Source: a virus | Direction: 5' to 3' (one strand) | Virus record (IMG/VR): IMGVR_UViG_3300023109_001684 | Length of the DNA: 64,000 nt | Shown: positions 1 through 9,983 of the stretch, in pieces | How the letters are laid out: every line of letters starts with the position of its first letter | Numbering within the stretch: the stretch's first letter is position 1 | Notes under the pieces: generated by a model | Databases searched by the model: none | What the model was told of the DNA's origin: nothing | What the model saw: the letters and a program-made list of their open reading frames with translations, nothing else | Program-made: the position numbers and the translations under genes

Positions 1-372
1 GTCTGCTTGTGGATTAATTGCTCCCAAGTCAACATCGGCTCTAGTTACATATACTCTGCTGCTTATTCCTAATATAGAATATGCTGCTTGTAAACCGTAT
101 TCGTTTAGTTCGCCGCCGTGTACTGGGTTGTTATTAGCGTCTGTATAGAACGTTGGGTCTCCGAACGTTTCTGCTAACTCTCTTTGTGATGTAAGCAAGT
201 ATGGTTTACCTGCGTTTGCTGCCAGTGTTCCTGGTGCTGTGCCTGTGCCGCTGCCGTTAATTTTATTACTTGCAGAAGCTACAAAAATCATTGGTACAGT
301 GCCTGGTTCGGCCGGCGTGTAAAAACTTTCATCAATTACACTAACCTGTACTCCTGGTGATACTAAAGCCAT
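1..372 (-). CDS. gp18: Tail sheath protein, T4 gp18-like (N-terminal part, runs off the window)
   Basis: Not in the ORF track. Hand translation from ATG 372 gives MALVSPGVQVSVIDESFYTPAEPGTVP...ETFGDP...ELNEYGL...VYVTRAD, a typical sheath N-terminus (SPGV motif). AGGAG RBS and TAAATA box upstream. Confidence 0.9.
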   Translation of the reverse strand, partial: MALVSPGVQVSVIDESFYTPAEPGTVPMIFVASASNKINGSGTGTAPGTLAANAGKPYLLTSQRELAETFGDPTFYTDANNNPVHGGELNEYGLQAAYSILGISSRVYVTRADVDLGAINPQAD

Positions 373-404
373 TTGTGTTCTCCTATATGGGTTGTTGTTA
401 GTAG

Positions 405-410
405 TATTTA
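405..410 (-). promoter_or_regulatory. T4-type late promoter for the sheath gene
   Basis: GCTAAATACTAC on the minus strand about 33 nt upstream of the ATG; resembles T4 TATAAATA. Confidence 0.65.
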
Positions 411-480
411 GCGTATACTAAACAAAACCCCTTGATAAACACCCTGAAAAAGGGACCGAAAAGGGCAGCTAAATATGAGT

Positions 481-822
481 ATGCGTCCATTATGTAAAAA
501 ATGTAAGAAAAAACCTTCTGCGATCAACTATCACAAAGATAATAGAACATTCTACCGAAGTATGTGCGAAAGTTGTTGCCGTACAGGCGGAGGAGCCAAA
601 GGTATTCCTCGATGGCAAGAGAATGGTTATATTAAAAAGTCTAAATGTGAGAAATGCGGATTCAGTAGTAGAAACGAAAAACAGTTTGATGTTTATCACA
701 TAGACGGCAGATTAGATAATTGTCGTCCTAGTAATTTAAAAACTATTTGTGCTAACTGTCAAAGAGTCCTACAGGATGAGGAAGTCCGTTGGCGTCAAGG
801 TGACCTAATCCCCGATCTTTAA
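481..822 (+). CDS. Zn-finger/HNH-like endonuclease family protein
   Basis: Several CxxC pairs and an HNH-like core HIDGRLDN...NLKTICANCQ. Start could be 475 or 481; TAAATA at 470-475. Confidence 0.65.
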   Translation: MRPLCKKCKKKPSAINYHKDNRTFYRSMCESCCRTGGGAKGIPRWQENGYIKKSKCEKCGFSSRNEKQFDVYHIDGRLDNCRPSNLKTICANCQRVLQDEEVRWRQGDLIPDL

Positions 823-1318
823 ATTCTATATGATCTATTAGGCTACACACATTAAATTCTAATTCATCAATATCGCCATTGTTGTCAATAGTATAGTCCG
901 ACATCCATTGTTCTAAACTCATACTATCTTTTGATTCAGGAGGTAGATGATCTGATCTGTCAACCCAAATACAGTAGTCAAACACACCTGTGTTTTGCAT
1001 TGCAAAGAATTCACGCTTATTACGTAGTCCACAATATATGTCAAACTCGTTAAACATTGCTCGTCCTAACCGAGCAGCATCGCCCTTATTATAATCACAA
1101 ATAGCATTATACCACTCTGCTCGGTGATTATGCCTATCTGCATAGCATTCTTCTTCGGTAGTATAATTGTACTTGTCTTTTAAATCATTATAGATAAAAA
1201 GTTTAGAGCAGAATTGACTGCTTGATTCAAATGTGTATCCAAATTTATCACGTAAAATTTCGCATACAGTATCTTTGCCGTGGCGGCCGTGTCCAATAAC
1301 TAATAGTTTAGGTAACAT
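752..1318 (-). CDS. P-loop deoxynucleoside monophosphate kinase-like protein (T4 gp1-like)
   Basis: N-terminal P-loop VIGHGRHGKDT and C-terminal DYTIDNNG typical of phage dNMP kinases; GGAG RBS. Confidence 0.7.
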   Translation of the reverse strand: MLPKLLVIGHGRHGKDTVCEILRDKFGYTFESSSQFCSKLFIYNDLKDKYNYTTEEECYADRHNHRAEWYNAICDYNKGDAARLGRAMFNEFDIYCGLRNKREFFAMQNTGVFDYCIWVDRSDHLPPESKDSMSLEQWMSDYTIDNNGDIDELEFNVCSLIDHIEFKDRGLGHLDANGLPHPVGLFDS

Positions 1319-1341
1319 GCATATATCTCCAATGTCTTTAC

Positions 1342-1370
1342 AGTATATGCTATTTTTAGTTATTTGTCAA
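1342..1370 (-). promoter_or_regulatory. Sigma70-type promoter for the kinase gene
   Basis: TTGACA-N17-TATACT. Confidence 0.85.
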
Positions 1371-1378
1371 GTATTTTT

Positions 1379-2140
1379 TTATCCAATTAAGAAACCGTAG
1401 CCAGTTCCGCCCGGTACTGCTTGACTAACTTCTAGTTCTAACTTATCCATCTCTTGCTGAGCTTCAGCTTTTAGTGAATCACCATTAAGACTTGTACCGC
1501 CTTGTGGTCCTGCAATAGTAGCAAACTTTGAACGTGCTTCGCCTAGCATATATTTACAACCTGCTAGTGTATAATCTTTAATCCATTGTTTCGCAAGATA
1601 GTCGTTTAGTAATTCTGAATCAGGACGATAGTTGTAAGCGTATAATAATACATTTTCGTTTGCTCTTGGACGCTGTAATATAGTTAATTTTTTAGTAGTG
1701 TTATTCCAAGTAAACTCTATAAATGCGCCGAACATACGTCCTACTAATTCTTGATACCCTGCAAACATTTCATACGTAGCAAGCCCGCCCATTTGACTTG
1801 ATCCACTTAAAAGGTATGTGTTTGTATAAGCAAGGTTAAACGGTTCGTGTAAACTTCCGCCGTCTCCACCGCCTGTACGTGAACCAATACTTCTACGATA
1901 GACTTTACGGATTTCCATCACTTCACTTGGTAATATATAATCGTTTTGATCTTCAACTAAATCTAGAAATAAGTAACTTTCTTCTACACTTGCATCACTG
2001 CGTTGTCTAAAACGTGTAAGTGCCTTGGTCAATGCTGTGTCATAGTGGATAGGATCAAGTTCAACATCGACCATTCCTCCGCCTAAGAATGCATTAACGT
2101 AATCAAATATTTCTTGTTTTTGTGTTTGTAAATTTGCCAT
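1379..2140 (-). CDS. gp13: Neck protein, T4 gp13-like
   Basis: LGGGMVDVELD and WIKDYTLA...KF...GPQGGTSLNG resemble gp13 homologues; next to gp14/gp15-like genes. Confidence 0.8.
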   Translation of the reverse strand: MANLQTQKQEIFDYVNAFLGGGMVDVELDPIHYDTALTKALTRFRQRSDASVEESYLFLDLVEDQNDYILPSEVMEIRKVYRRSIGSRTGGGDGGSLHEPFNLAYTNTYLLSGSSQMGGLATYEMFAGYQELVGRMFGAFIEFTWNNTTKKLTILQRPRANENVLLYAYNYRPDSELLNDYLAKQWIKDYTLAGCKYMLGEARSKFATIAGPQGGTSLNGDSLKAEAQQEMDKLELEVSQAVPGGTGYGFLIG

Positions 2141-2158
2141 GTGATGTTCTCCGTATAG

Positions 2159-2191
2159 TATTTATCGTAGTTGCTATCGTTACGATAAATA
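2159..2191. promoter_or_regulatory. Back-to-back late promoters forming an inverted repeat (TACGATAAATA on each strand)
   Basis: tatttatcgta (2159-2169) and tacgataaata (2181-2191) between the divergent gp13- and gp14-like genes. Confidence 0.75.
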
Positions 2192-2196
2192 TGTAT

Positions 2197-3420
2197 ATGC
2201 CAAGATTAAGTTTATATAAACCCCAAAGGGGAAATGATTACAAGTTTATGGACAATAGAGTCTATGAAATGTTTACCATCGGCGGTACTGATGTGAATAT
2301 ACACAAGTACATAGGTACTGATGACGGTGAATCTGTAAAAGATCACACCCAAATACAAGACATACTTTTCTTAGAAAATAGAGACCGAAAATACGATCCA
2401 GACATATACACAATACGTTGTGTCTATAATGTACAGGATATTGATTTTGATTTAAGTCAATTTGGGTTATTTTTAAGTAATGATACACTGTTTATGACTA
2501 TTCATATTACAAGAAGTGTTGCTGCTCTTGGAAGAAAAATTATGAGCGGCGATGTTATTGAATTGCCGCACTTACTAGACGAACATGCCGAAAATGATTT
2601 TGCTACAAGTTTGAAAAGATACTATGTAGTAGAAGATGTTAATCGTGCAGCAGAAGGTTTTTCTCCTACATGGTATCCTCACTTATATAGACTTAAATTA
2701 AAACAGTTAGTTGACTCGCAAGAATTTGCAGATGTGTTAGTACGTCCTGAAGATGATGATATTTTTATAGGTGATTACGATAGTAGCATAACATACGAAA
2801 TTGGGCAAGTTGTAAAATATAAAGGAAAATTGTATAAAGCAACGGCTCAAACTATTGGTAATACTCCTACTGATGTTTTTAATTGGGGCGAATATACTGA
2901 GAATACTTTGAGAGATCTTTTAAGTACATACGAAAATGAAATGCAAATAAACAATGCTGTACTTTCAGAAGCAGAAGCAGACGCTCCGGAAAGCGGATTT
3001 GATATTTCTCATTATTATACTCTTGCTGTAGACGAAAACGGAAGAACACAAGTTGATACTGTAGAAGATCCAAATGCCAGTAGGCCAGACAGATCAGGTT
3101 ATGCAGGATATTTGGTGTCTGGTGATTCTCCTCCTAATGGTACAGCATTTGGTAGTGGTACTTCTTTTCCTAATATTAACGAAAAAGACGATTATTTTTT
3201 AAGGACTGATTATCTGCCTAATAGACTATTTAAATATGACGGATCTAGATGGATGAAAGTAGGTGACGATGTACGCATGACAATGACTAACGGCGTAAAT
3301 CGACAAACACTTAAAGGAAAATTTATCAATAATGTTAAAACAAATAATATCGGTGGCGAAGCTGTACAAGAAAGACAATCTCTTAGTAAAGCACTTAGGC
3401 CTAAGGCGGATGATGTATAA
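2197..3420 (+). CDS. gp14: Neck/head-completion protein, T4 gp14-like, with C-terminal extension
   Basis: DLSQFGLFL, GDVIELP and LYRLKLK motifs. Start placed at MPRLSL (2197) because the track's 2122 start overlaps gp13 and the promoters. Confidence 0.7.
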   Translation: MPRLSLYKPQRGNDYKFMDNRVYEMFTIGGTDVNIHKYIGTDDGESVKDHTQIQDILFLENRDRKYDPDIYTIRCVYNVQDIDFDLSQFGLFLSNDTLFMTIHITRSVAALGRKIMSGDVIELPHLLDEHAENDFATSLKRYYVVEDVNRAAEGFSPTWYPHLYRLKLKQLVDSQEFADVLVRPEDDDIFIGDYDSSITYEIGQVVKYKGKLYKATAQTIGNTPTDVFNWGEYTENTLRDLLSTYENEMQINNAVLSEAEADAPESGFDISHYYTLAVDENGRTQVDTVEDPNASRPDRSGYAGYLVSGDSPPNGTAFGSGTSFPNINEKDDYFLRTDYLPNRLFKYDGSRWMKVGDDVRMTMTNGVNRQTLKGKFINNVKTNNIGGEAVQERQSLSKALRPKADDV

Positions 3421-4907
3421 TGCAATATTTTTATGATGGACAAATTAGACGCTATATTACTCAAATGGTGCGTTTATTAAGTAATTTCAATGTAAGTGAT
3501 TCACATAATAATCTTACACAAATACCTGTAATGTACGGAGACTTAACTAGACAAGTAGCTAATATTATTCGAGACAATAGTGAAAATAAAATTCCTAGTG
3601 TGCCAAGAATTGCAGTATATGTAACTGGTTTAGAAATGGATCGCGAAAGAACAGGTGATAGTAGTTTTGTAAACAAAATAAGTGTTAGAGAACGGGCATA
3701 TGATTCTACAAATGAAGAATATTTAAATACACAAGGTAAAAACTATACTGTTGAAAGATTGATGCCAAGTCCTTATACACTAAGATTACAAGCTGATATA
3801 TGGGCAAGTAATACCGAACAAAAATTACAGATATTAGAACAAATACTTGTACTGTTTAATCCTAGCTTTGAAATACAAACAACAGACAATTATCTTGACT
3901 GGACTAGTTTAAGCGTTGTAAATTTAGACAATGTAACCTTTAGTAGTCGTAGTATTCCTGTAGGAGTCGACTCCGAAATTGATGTTGCAAACATGCAATT
4001 TAGTACTCCTATATATCTAACTCCTCCTGCAAAAGTAAAACGCCTTGGCGTGGTTACAAATATTATTACAAGTATATTCAACGAAGACACTGGAAGTATT
4101 AATTTAGGATTAACGCTAGATGGTGTTGAACCTATATTTGAATCAACAAGAACAGAAGTAGGCGAAGACGGTGAAGAAGAAAGAATTGTTGATGACGGAC
4201 AATTTCCTAATGACGGGACTGGTGTTATGGATATCAGTGCAGAGTATAGATGGGCAGGTCTAACATCTAGCTCAACATATCGTAATTACGGATTAAATGT
4301 CATCGGTAGTGAAGCAGAAGTAGTATATAGAGGTACATCAGGAGAAGTTACATTTACTGAACTATTAGACACTATTCCAGGTACATATACAGCAGATGTA
4401 AGTAAAATATATCTAAAAACAGATGACTCAGATAATTATGTAATTGGCACAATTACAATAAATGCTTTAGATAATACAAAATTATCTATTAACTTTGACA
4501 ACGACACATTACCTAACGATACTGTTATTACCGGGCCTACTGGAGATAGAGCTAGTATTGATTATATAATTGATCCGTTACGTTTTGATCCTAATCAAGA
4601 CAAATCAGTAGGTATAAGAATATTATTACTTGGAGCCATCGGCGACGATGACAATCAAGACGGTGCAGATGCTTGGAAAAATACAGACGGTACTGACTTT
4701 GTAGCACAAGAAAATGATATTGTAGAATGGGACGGATCTAGATGGCATATAATATTTGATAGTAATGTTGACGACAGTACAACTATCTATACAAGTAATC
4801 TTACATCTGGTATACAATATAAATGGGATAATGCTAACAAATACTGGGTAAGGTCTTACGAAGGTGAGTATTATCCCGGAACATGGACATTCATATTAGA
4901 TGCCTAA
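3420..4907 (+). CDS. gp15: Tail terminator/sheath stabiliser, T4 gp15-like, with C-terminal extension
   Basis: MQYFYDGQIRRY, IPVMYG, PSPYTL and QILEQILVLFNP match the gp15 family. Confidence 0.8.
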   Translation: MQYFYDGQIRRYITQMVRLLSNFNVSDSHNNLTQIPVMYGDLTRQVANIIRDNSENKIPSVPRIAVYVTGLEMDRERTGDSSFVNKISVRERAYDSTNEEYLNTQGKNYTVERLMPSPYTLRLQADIWASNTEQKLQILEQILVLFNPSFEIQTTDNYLDWTSLSVVNLDNVTFSSRSIPVGVDSEIDVANMQFSTPIYLTPPAKVKRLGVVTNIITSIFNEDTGSINLGLTLDGVEPIFESTRTEVGEDGEEERIVDDGQFPNDGTGVMDISAEYRWAGLTSSSTYRNYGLNVIGSEAEVVYRGTSGEVTFTELLDTIPGTYTADVSKIYLKTDDSDNYVIGTITINALDNTKLSINFDNDTLPNDTVITGPTGDRASIDYIIDPLRFDPNQDKSVGIRILLLGAIGDDDNQDGADAWKNTDGTDFVAQENDIVEWDGSRWHIIFDSNVDDSTTIYTSNLTSGIQYKWDNANKYWVRSYEGEYYPGTWTFILDA

Positions 4908-4934
4908 CCTACATATTTTTCTATAACTAATTAT

Positions 4935-5378
4935 ATGAAGGACATTATTTGTAGTGGTGCATTACTATATGCACTTAACACTAAACGATTTTTATTTTTG
5001 CATCGTGCTAAAGGCAAGCACAAAGATCTTTGGGGATTAGTAGGTGGTACTAGTGAGCTCGGAGAGACTCCTTGGTCTGCATTACAACGTGAAATACAAG
5101 AAGAAATTGGCAACGTTGATGTTGTTAAAACAATACCGTTAGAAAGTTTTGTCAGTAATGATAACGCCTTCCATTTTCATACATATCTCGGAATAGTCGA
5201 ACAAGAATTTTTACCTAATCTAAATGACGAACACACTGGTTATGCGTGGGTTGAATTAGGAAAGTGGCCTAAGAGCTTACACCACGGGCTACGTAATACT
5301 TTACAAAACAAAACAATACAATCTAAACTTAAAACTGTTATAGATGTAATAAACTTATTAGAGAAAAATAATGGATAA
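4935..5378 (+). CDS. NUDIX hydrolase
   Basis: Nudix box GGTSELGETPWSALQREIQEEIG. Confidence 0.9.
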   Translation: MKDIICSGALLYALNTKRFLFLHRAKGKHKDLWGLVGGTSELGETPWSALQREIQEEIGNVDVVKTIPLESFVSNDNAFHFHTYLGIVEQEFLPNLNDEHTGYAWVELGKWPKSLHHGLRNTLQNKTIQSKLKTVIDVINLLEKNNG

Positions 5379-5727
5379 TATTAAAGAAACTACTTATGGC
5401 TATGAAATATGCTGGGCAACTACTGAAAATTATTCAGGAAAAATACTTATCTTTAATAGACCGATAAAAACTGATTTAGCATTTCATAAAGAAAGACAAA
5501 AATCATGGTTTATAAATTCAGGCGATTTTAGAATTAGATGGATAGATACTGCTGACGGTAAACTCTACGAAAAACAAGTAAAAGAAGGTAGTGTATTCCA
5601 TGTTGATCCGTTAACTCCTGTTAGTATTGAATCTCTCACTAGTGACGGAAGTATTGCAGAAGTAAGTACTCCAGAAAAAGATAATGACACATGCTGTGTT
5701 ATACCTTCGCAGAATATTGGAGATTAA
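5371..5727 (+). CDS. Cupin-fold protein (sugar-isomerase-like, degenerate)
   Basis: GYEICWA...YSGKIL...FHKERQKSWFINSG...EVST pattern of small phage cupins. Confidence 0.55.
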   Translation: MDNIKETTYGYEICWATTENYSGKILIFNRPIKTDLAFHKERQKSWFINSGDFRIRWIDTADGKLYEKQVKEGSVFHVDPLTPVSIESLTSDGSIAEVSTPEKDNDTCCVIPSQNIGD

Positions 5728-5728
5728 T

Positions 5729-5986
5729 ATGTTTCCAAAGTTACAAGAAAACAACAAAGTCCAAAAAGAGTTAAAAAAGTTTGATGCAGCTATTAAACAA
5801 ATAAAAAATATTCACGTTAAAAACTCGGCAGCAAACTTGTTACAAGAATTAAAAAACGAATATGAAATTATTGACGGATCTTTTTTAGGAACAAACGGTC
5901 CGGTAACTCCTGGCGTAGCAAGAGAATCTGCAATGAAAACAATGGATTTGCGTAGTAAACTTAATAGTCTGTTAAAGCGACGATAG
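5729..5986 (+). CDS. Hypothetical protein
   Basis: ATG 5729 with GGAG RBS directly after the cupin stop codon. Confidence 0.6.
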   Translation: MFPKLQENNKVQKELKKFDAAIKQIKNIHVKNSAANLLQELKNEYEIIDGSFLGTNGPVTPGVARESAMKTMDLRSKLNSLLKRR

Positions 5987-7615
5987 TCTTTTTACAGTAA
6001 TAGATCCAACCATTGCCGGATGTAGTGTACATTGATATGCAAATGTACCACTAGTACTTTCCGGTATACTCCATATTAATGTTCCGCCATCTTGTGCTTG
6101 TGCGCTTGTATCTGCACTAGGAGTACCATCTTCTGCAATGTGTAATAAATTAGTAGTAATCGGAGTCAAAGTGCCGTCTAGGATTTCAAACGGATGTCCG
6201 CCTACATTAAGTTTAAAACTGATTTGCATTCCGCTGATAACAAAAATTGATGGATTGCTTCCAGTGTATAAAGGATTAAATGTATAAGCAGTTGCACCAA
6301 TATTATCTACTTCAAAATGCATTCCGCTTCGTACAACAAATTCGTCAATAGTTGCTAAGTTGGCAGTTTGTGCATCTCCTAACTGATCAAAATCAGTTAC
6401 ACCAGATGCTCCATTGTAACTTACAGTAATCGTATCACCAGATACTGCTGTTGTAATACCAGCACCGCCAGCAACTGTTAATGTATCAGTTGCTGAATTT
6501 GCAGTTGTTGACCCAGTGTCACCGGATACTGTTTCAAATAAATTTTGTGTTGCTCCGCCAGCAGACACAGTCCTAAAAGTAAAGTTTCCAAACCCATCTG
6601 TGCCAAGTACTTGATTGTTTGATCCATCAGCAATACCTAAGTCAGTTAAGTCAGCAGGTATAATACTGCCTGTATCTGTAAGATCTCCTAGGTCAGTAGG
6701 TATAGTAGGCGTACTAGATAAATCAGTATAAAGCCCGCTTGTTGCTACTGTTGCAAATCCTGCTTCTACTGGTGTTTGGTTTATCCATGAACTAGATGCG
6801 TTATCATATGCTAGGAGATCATTGTCTCCTACTGATGTAATTGCTATATCAGTAATATTATCTATTGCTACACTTACCAAAGCACCAATTCCTGCTGCTG
6901 TAGGCGGAGTGTATCTAAAAACACCTGTTGTGTTGTCGTATCCAATAGCGCCGTTACCACTAGCTGTAAGTTCATTGCCTACACTAAAGTCCGTTAATGT
7001 AGCAATGGCTGGAGTGTTACTAAAGTTATTGTAATCTAAAAAGTATGTACTATCAAAGCCGTCAAGTGTATCAGCGTCAGTACCGCCGCCTCCAGATGTA
7101 GCGTCTGCTCCAGGTGCCCAATTAGTTCCGTTCCATTTTAGCACCTGTCCACTTGTTGGAACACTGCTAGAAGTATCAACATCACTTAAAAAGTCAATTC
7201 CAAATGCATCCATATTTACAGTAAGATTAGAAGTGTCTGTTGATATCTCTGTAGAGATATTAGTACCGCCTAAAATATTTAAAGTATCGTCCTCACCGCT
7301 TGCTACTGCTGTACCGTCATCTGATACTATATTCTTAAATACATCGCCTGCGCCGCCGCCTGCTTCGCCTGTAAAATTAAATGTAACAATATCGTCAACA
7401 ACACTAGTTGCAATATTTGTGCCGCCTGCTAATGTTAATGTGTCAGCAACTCCGTCTGCGGTTGTTTGACCTGTGTCACCTTGGATTGTTGCAAAGATAT
7501 TTGCGCCGGCTGCTGAAGACGTTACATTCCAAGCAGTTCCGTCCCATTGCCACGTTGTATTACCGACAGTAAATACCTCGTTTAACCCGGGTGATGCTGG
7601 ATAATTAATTGCCAT
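5972..7615 (-). CDS. Tail fibre-like virion protein with C-terminal cupredoxin-like domain
   Basis: G/T/D-rich fibre repeats (DTLTLAGGTNI, GQVLKWNGTNW); C-terminal GHPF...YQCTLHPAMVG. Confidence 0.7.
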   Translation of the reverse strand: MAINYPASPGLNEVFTVGNTTWQWDGTAWNVTSSAAGANIFATIQGDTGQTTADGVADTLTLAGGTNIATSVVDDIVTFNFTGEAGGGAGDVFKNIVSDDGTAVASGEDDTLNILGGTNISTEISTDTSNLTVNMDAFGIDFLSDVDTSSSVPTSGQVLKWNGTNWAPGADATSGGGGTDADTLDGFDSTYFLDYNNFSNTPAIATLTDFSVGNELTASGNGAIGYDNTTGVFRYTPPTAAGIGALVSVAIDNITDIAITSVGDNDLLAYDNASSSWINQTPVEAGFATVATSGLYTDLSSTPTIPTDLGDLTDTGSIIPADLTDLGIADGSNNQVLGTDGFGNFTFRTVSAGGATQNLFETVSGDTGSTTANSATDTLTVAGGAGITTAVSGDTITVSYNGASGVTDFDQLGDAQTANLATIDEFVVRSGMHFEVDNIGATAYTFNPLYTGSNPSIFVISGMQISFKLNVGGHPFEILDGTLTPITTNLLHIAEDGTPSADTSAQAQDGGTLIWSIPESTSGTFAYQCTLHPAMVGSITVKRLSSL

Positions 7616-7632
7616 ATTGTGTACCTTTTAAA

Positions 7633-8811
7633 TTATGCATAAGTGTTTAAACTTCCGTAGACAATCCAACTGCTTGATAATCGTAGTAAAGTAAATCCTA
7701 CTATATCAGTTTGACTTGCAGTTCCGCTAGGCGCTGATCCGCCTTGCCATAATATTGTTTGCGCTACGCCGTCCACTTGAAGTGCTGTAGGCAAATACGG
7801 AGTTGATCCTTGCGTAATTACTACAGCAATACTTATTGATTTATTATCGTCTGTTGGAACATTAGTGATGTCCGCTGTAAAATTAGCAGCAGATGATGTA
7901 TGTTGCCATAGCGATGATATACTAAAGTCGTGTGTTACAACCCCAGTTGCTCCTACTATTAATTGCACATGTTCTCTTGTGCCTGCAAGATCAGCTATTC
8001 CTGTAATACTAATGTCACCTGCAACACTTATATCGTTGCTTACATTTACTGCATCTGGTGCAGTTAAATTTATACTACTTGCACTTGTTATACCAGGAGT
8101 TCCTACTCCTGTTGATGTAATGCTATCTGCAGAAATTGTTGTTGCTGTTATTTCGTCAAATGCTACATCGTCAGTTGTATTAAGAGATTGGTTATAAGAG
8201 GTGCCACCGCCGCCACCTCCGCCACCAGTTACAGTTGTAAATGAAAACGCTCCTGAACCGTTGGTTGTTAAAACTTGTCCTGAGCTGCCATCTGAAATTC
8301 CTAAGTCTAGTAAACTTATTGGTATAGTAGGTTTATTTTGTACGTTTGCCCAATCTAATATTGGAAGGGGATAACTTGGTTGTATCCATTGACTAGAATC
8401 AGTGTCAGTTACATATACATAAATTTGGCCGTTAGTGCTGTTGAACCAAATATTTCCTTGTTCTGGTGATGTAGGTACTGTATCACCTACATCTACACTT
8501 GCTCCGCCGCCGCCTTCAAACCCGCTTGCTGTAATTTTATTAGCAAATACAGTGTTATCGATGTTTGTAAGATCTGCAAGAGCTATTCCTGCTTCAGACG
8601 AAGCAGATTGAAATTGTGCTGTAGTTACATTAGTTAGATCGCTTCGAGCAATTTCAAAACCACCAGTATCTTTACCGCTATACACTCTAAGTGTATTTGA
8701 TGATTTACTAAAGAAAATCTCGCCGCTTGATCCTACATTCCGATCTAAAAAGTCAGTCGGACGTGGGATAATTCTAATTCTGTCTACTACAGGTGCTTGT
8801 GATGATGACAT
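7633..8811 (-). CDS. Tail fibre-like virion structural protein
   Basis: GNIWFNSTNGQIYVY, GQVLTTNGSG and poly-Gly linkers. Late box TAAATA at 8830-8835 and AGGAG RBS. Confidence 0.65.
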   Translation of the reverse strand: MSSSQAPVVDRIRIIPRPTDFLDRNVGSSGEIFFSKSSNTLRVYSGKDTGGFEIARSDLTNVTTAQFQSASSEAGIALADLTNIDNTVFANKITASGFEGGGGASVDVGDTVPTSPEQGNIWFNSTNGQIYVYVTDTDSSQWIQPSYPLPILDWANVQNKPTIPISLLDLGISDGSSGQVLTTNGSGAFSFTTVTGGGGGGGGTSYNQSLNTTDDVAFDEITATTISADSITSTGVGTPGITSASSINLTAPDAVNVSNDISVAGDISITGIADLAGTREHVQLIVGATGVVTHDFSISSLWQHTSSAANFTADITNVPTDDNKSISIAVVITQGSTPYLPTALQVDGVAQTILWQGGSAPSGTASQTDIVGFTLLRLSSSWIVYGSLNTYA

Positions 8812-8835
8812 ACTATACTCCTTGTATAGTATTTA

Positions 8836-9252
8836 TTAATATTTGGTATAGTACAATCGATTAGCAATGTCTTGTACGTTATCATTTTTTAGGATAAACT
8901 TGCGTACATTGTCTATATGAATAAGTTTCCTTTGTTTTCCAGGAAAACTTACTACTGGAAGATGATTCATTCTTAACAATTCGTCGCCTCTGTAAGATTC
9001 AATTTCGATAGGAACTTCATCTATTGGTAACATTCCATAGTGTTTAAACTTCATTGTACACACTGACGTTACTAATTTGTCGTCTTCGATATATTCCATA
9101 ATTAATTCATTTTCTTTTAATAATTCTATTACCCATTCATACAACTTTTTTCGATCTTTTTGTATCTTACGTTTACTGTACTCGTCACCTTTATCTTTCC
9201 GCGGAGTAACTGTGTATATTACTAGTTCGTCTGTATAAAATTCTTCCATCAT
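8836..9252 (-). CDS. Hypothetical protein
   Basis: Last ORF of the coupled enzyme cassette; start overlaps the upstream stop. Confidence 0.6.
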   Translation of the reverse strand: MMEEFYTDELVIYTVTPRKDKGDEYSKRKIQKDRKKLYEWVIELLKENELIMEYIEDDKLVTSVCTMKFKHYGMLPIDEVPIEIESYRGDELLRMNHLPVVSFPGKQRKLIHIDNVRKFILKNDNVQDIANRLYYTKY

Positions 9253-9983
9253 GATTTGCTTCCAAAATACTTATAGTATATATCTTTAATTAATGTTCGT
9301 TTTTGTTTAAACGTATGATTCATTAAAAATTTAGATTTAGTAACCCAATTTAAATCTTTTTCTGTTGCATTACGCACTTCCAAGTCAAAGATTTTTTCTG
9401 ACAATGGTATTATCTGTGCTAATGGTTGTCCTGCTTTAATCATAAATTTACCTTTAGGTACATTACAGTATGCTTGTATGTTTATTTCAGAACTTATGCC
9501 TGGGTCTAATATACCCGAACTACTTTCAAGTTCAAAATTATCAGGATAAGGTATTGGAATCATTAGAAACTTTACACCTTTAGGAGCAATAATGTGCCAC
9601 GGCATATTAATCTTTAATAACGGTCCAACAGTCCAAGGTTTTACAGGCATTAATGTTTCGACGCCAGTCTGTTGTCTTGAAATAATGTCTTTACCACTTG
9701 CTAGATCAACTATATCTGATGTAGGGATAGTCCATTTATAATTTCCTGTGCCATCTGTTTCTATTAAAACATCGTGCCACATTGGAATAATGTATCCAGT
9801 TTTTGCTAAATCAAAAATACCCGGGCATTGGTATATGTGATCCATTCTGCCGTCGGCTGCATCTAATTTTCTTTTAAAATCGTTTCTGGCTCTATTCATC
9901 CAGTCTGGTTTATATTGCTTTGCTGGTATGATCGGAACTGCTTCAGCTAAGCCGTCAATAGTACTAAAAAATTCAATTTTCAT
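9249..9983 (-). CDS. Conserved phage protein, possibly DUF6065/dUTPase-like fold
   Basis: CPGIFD..GYIIPMW, KINMPW..APKG and IKAGQPLAQIIP pattern recalled from phage oxygenase clusters. Confidence 0.55.
   Translation of the reverse strand: MKIEFFSTIDGLAEAVPIIPAKQYKPDWMNRARNDFKRKLDAADGRMDHIYQCPGIFDLAKTGYIIPMWHDVLIETDGTGNYKWTIPTSDIVDLASGKDIISRQQTGVETLMPVKPWTVGPLLKINMPWHIIAPKGVKFLMIPIPYPDNFELESSSGILDPGISSEINIQAYCNVPKGKFMIKAGQPLAQIIPLSEKIFDLEVRNATEKDLNWVTKSKFLMNHTFKQKRTLIKDIYYKYFGSKS

Noticed and set aside
2122-2196. Upstream extension of the gp14-like ORF given in the track
   Set aside because: Overlaps the gp13 start and both promoters; MPRLSL at 2197 is the more plausible start.
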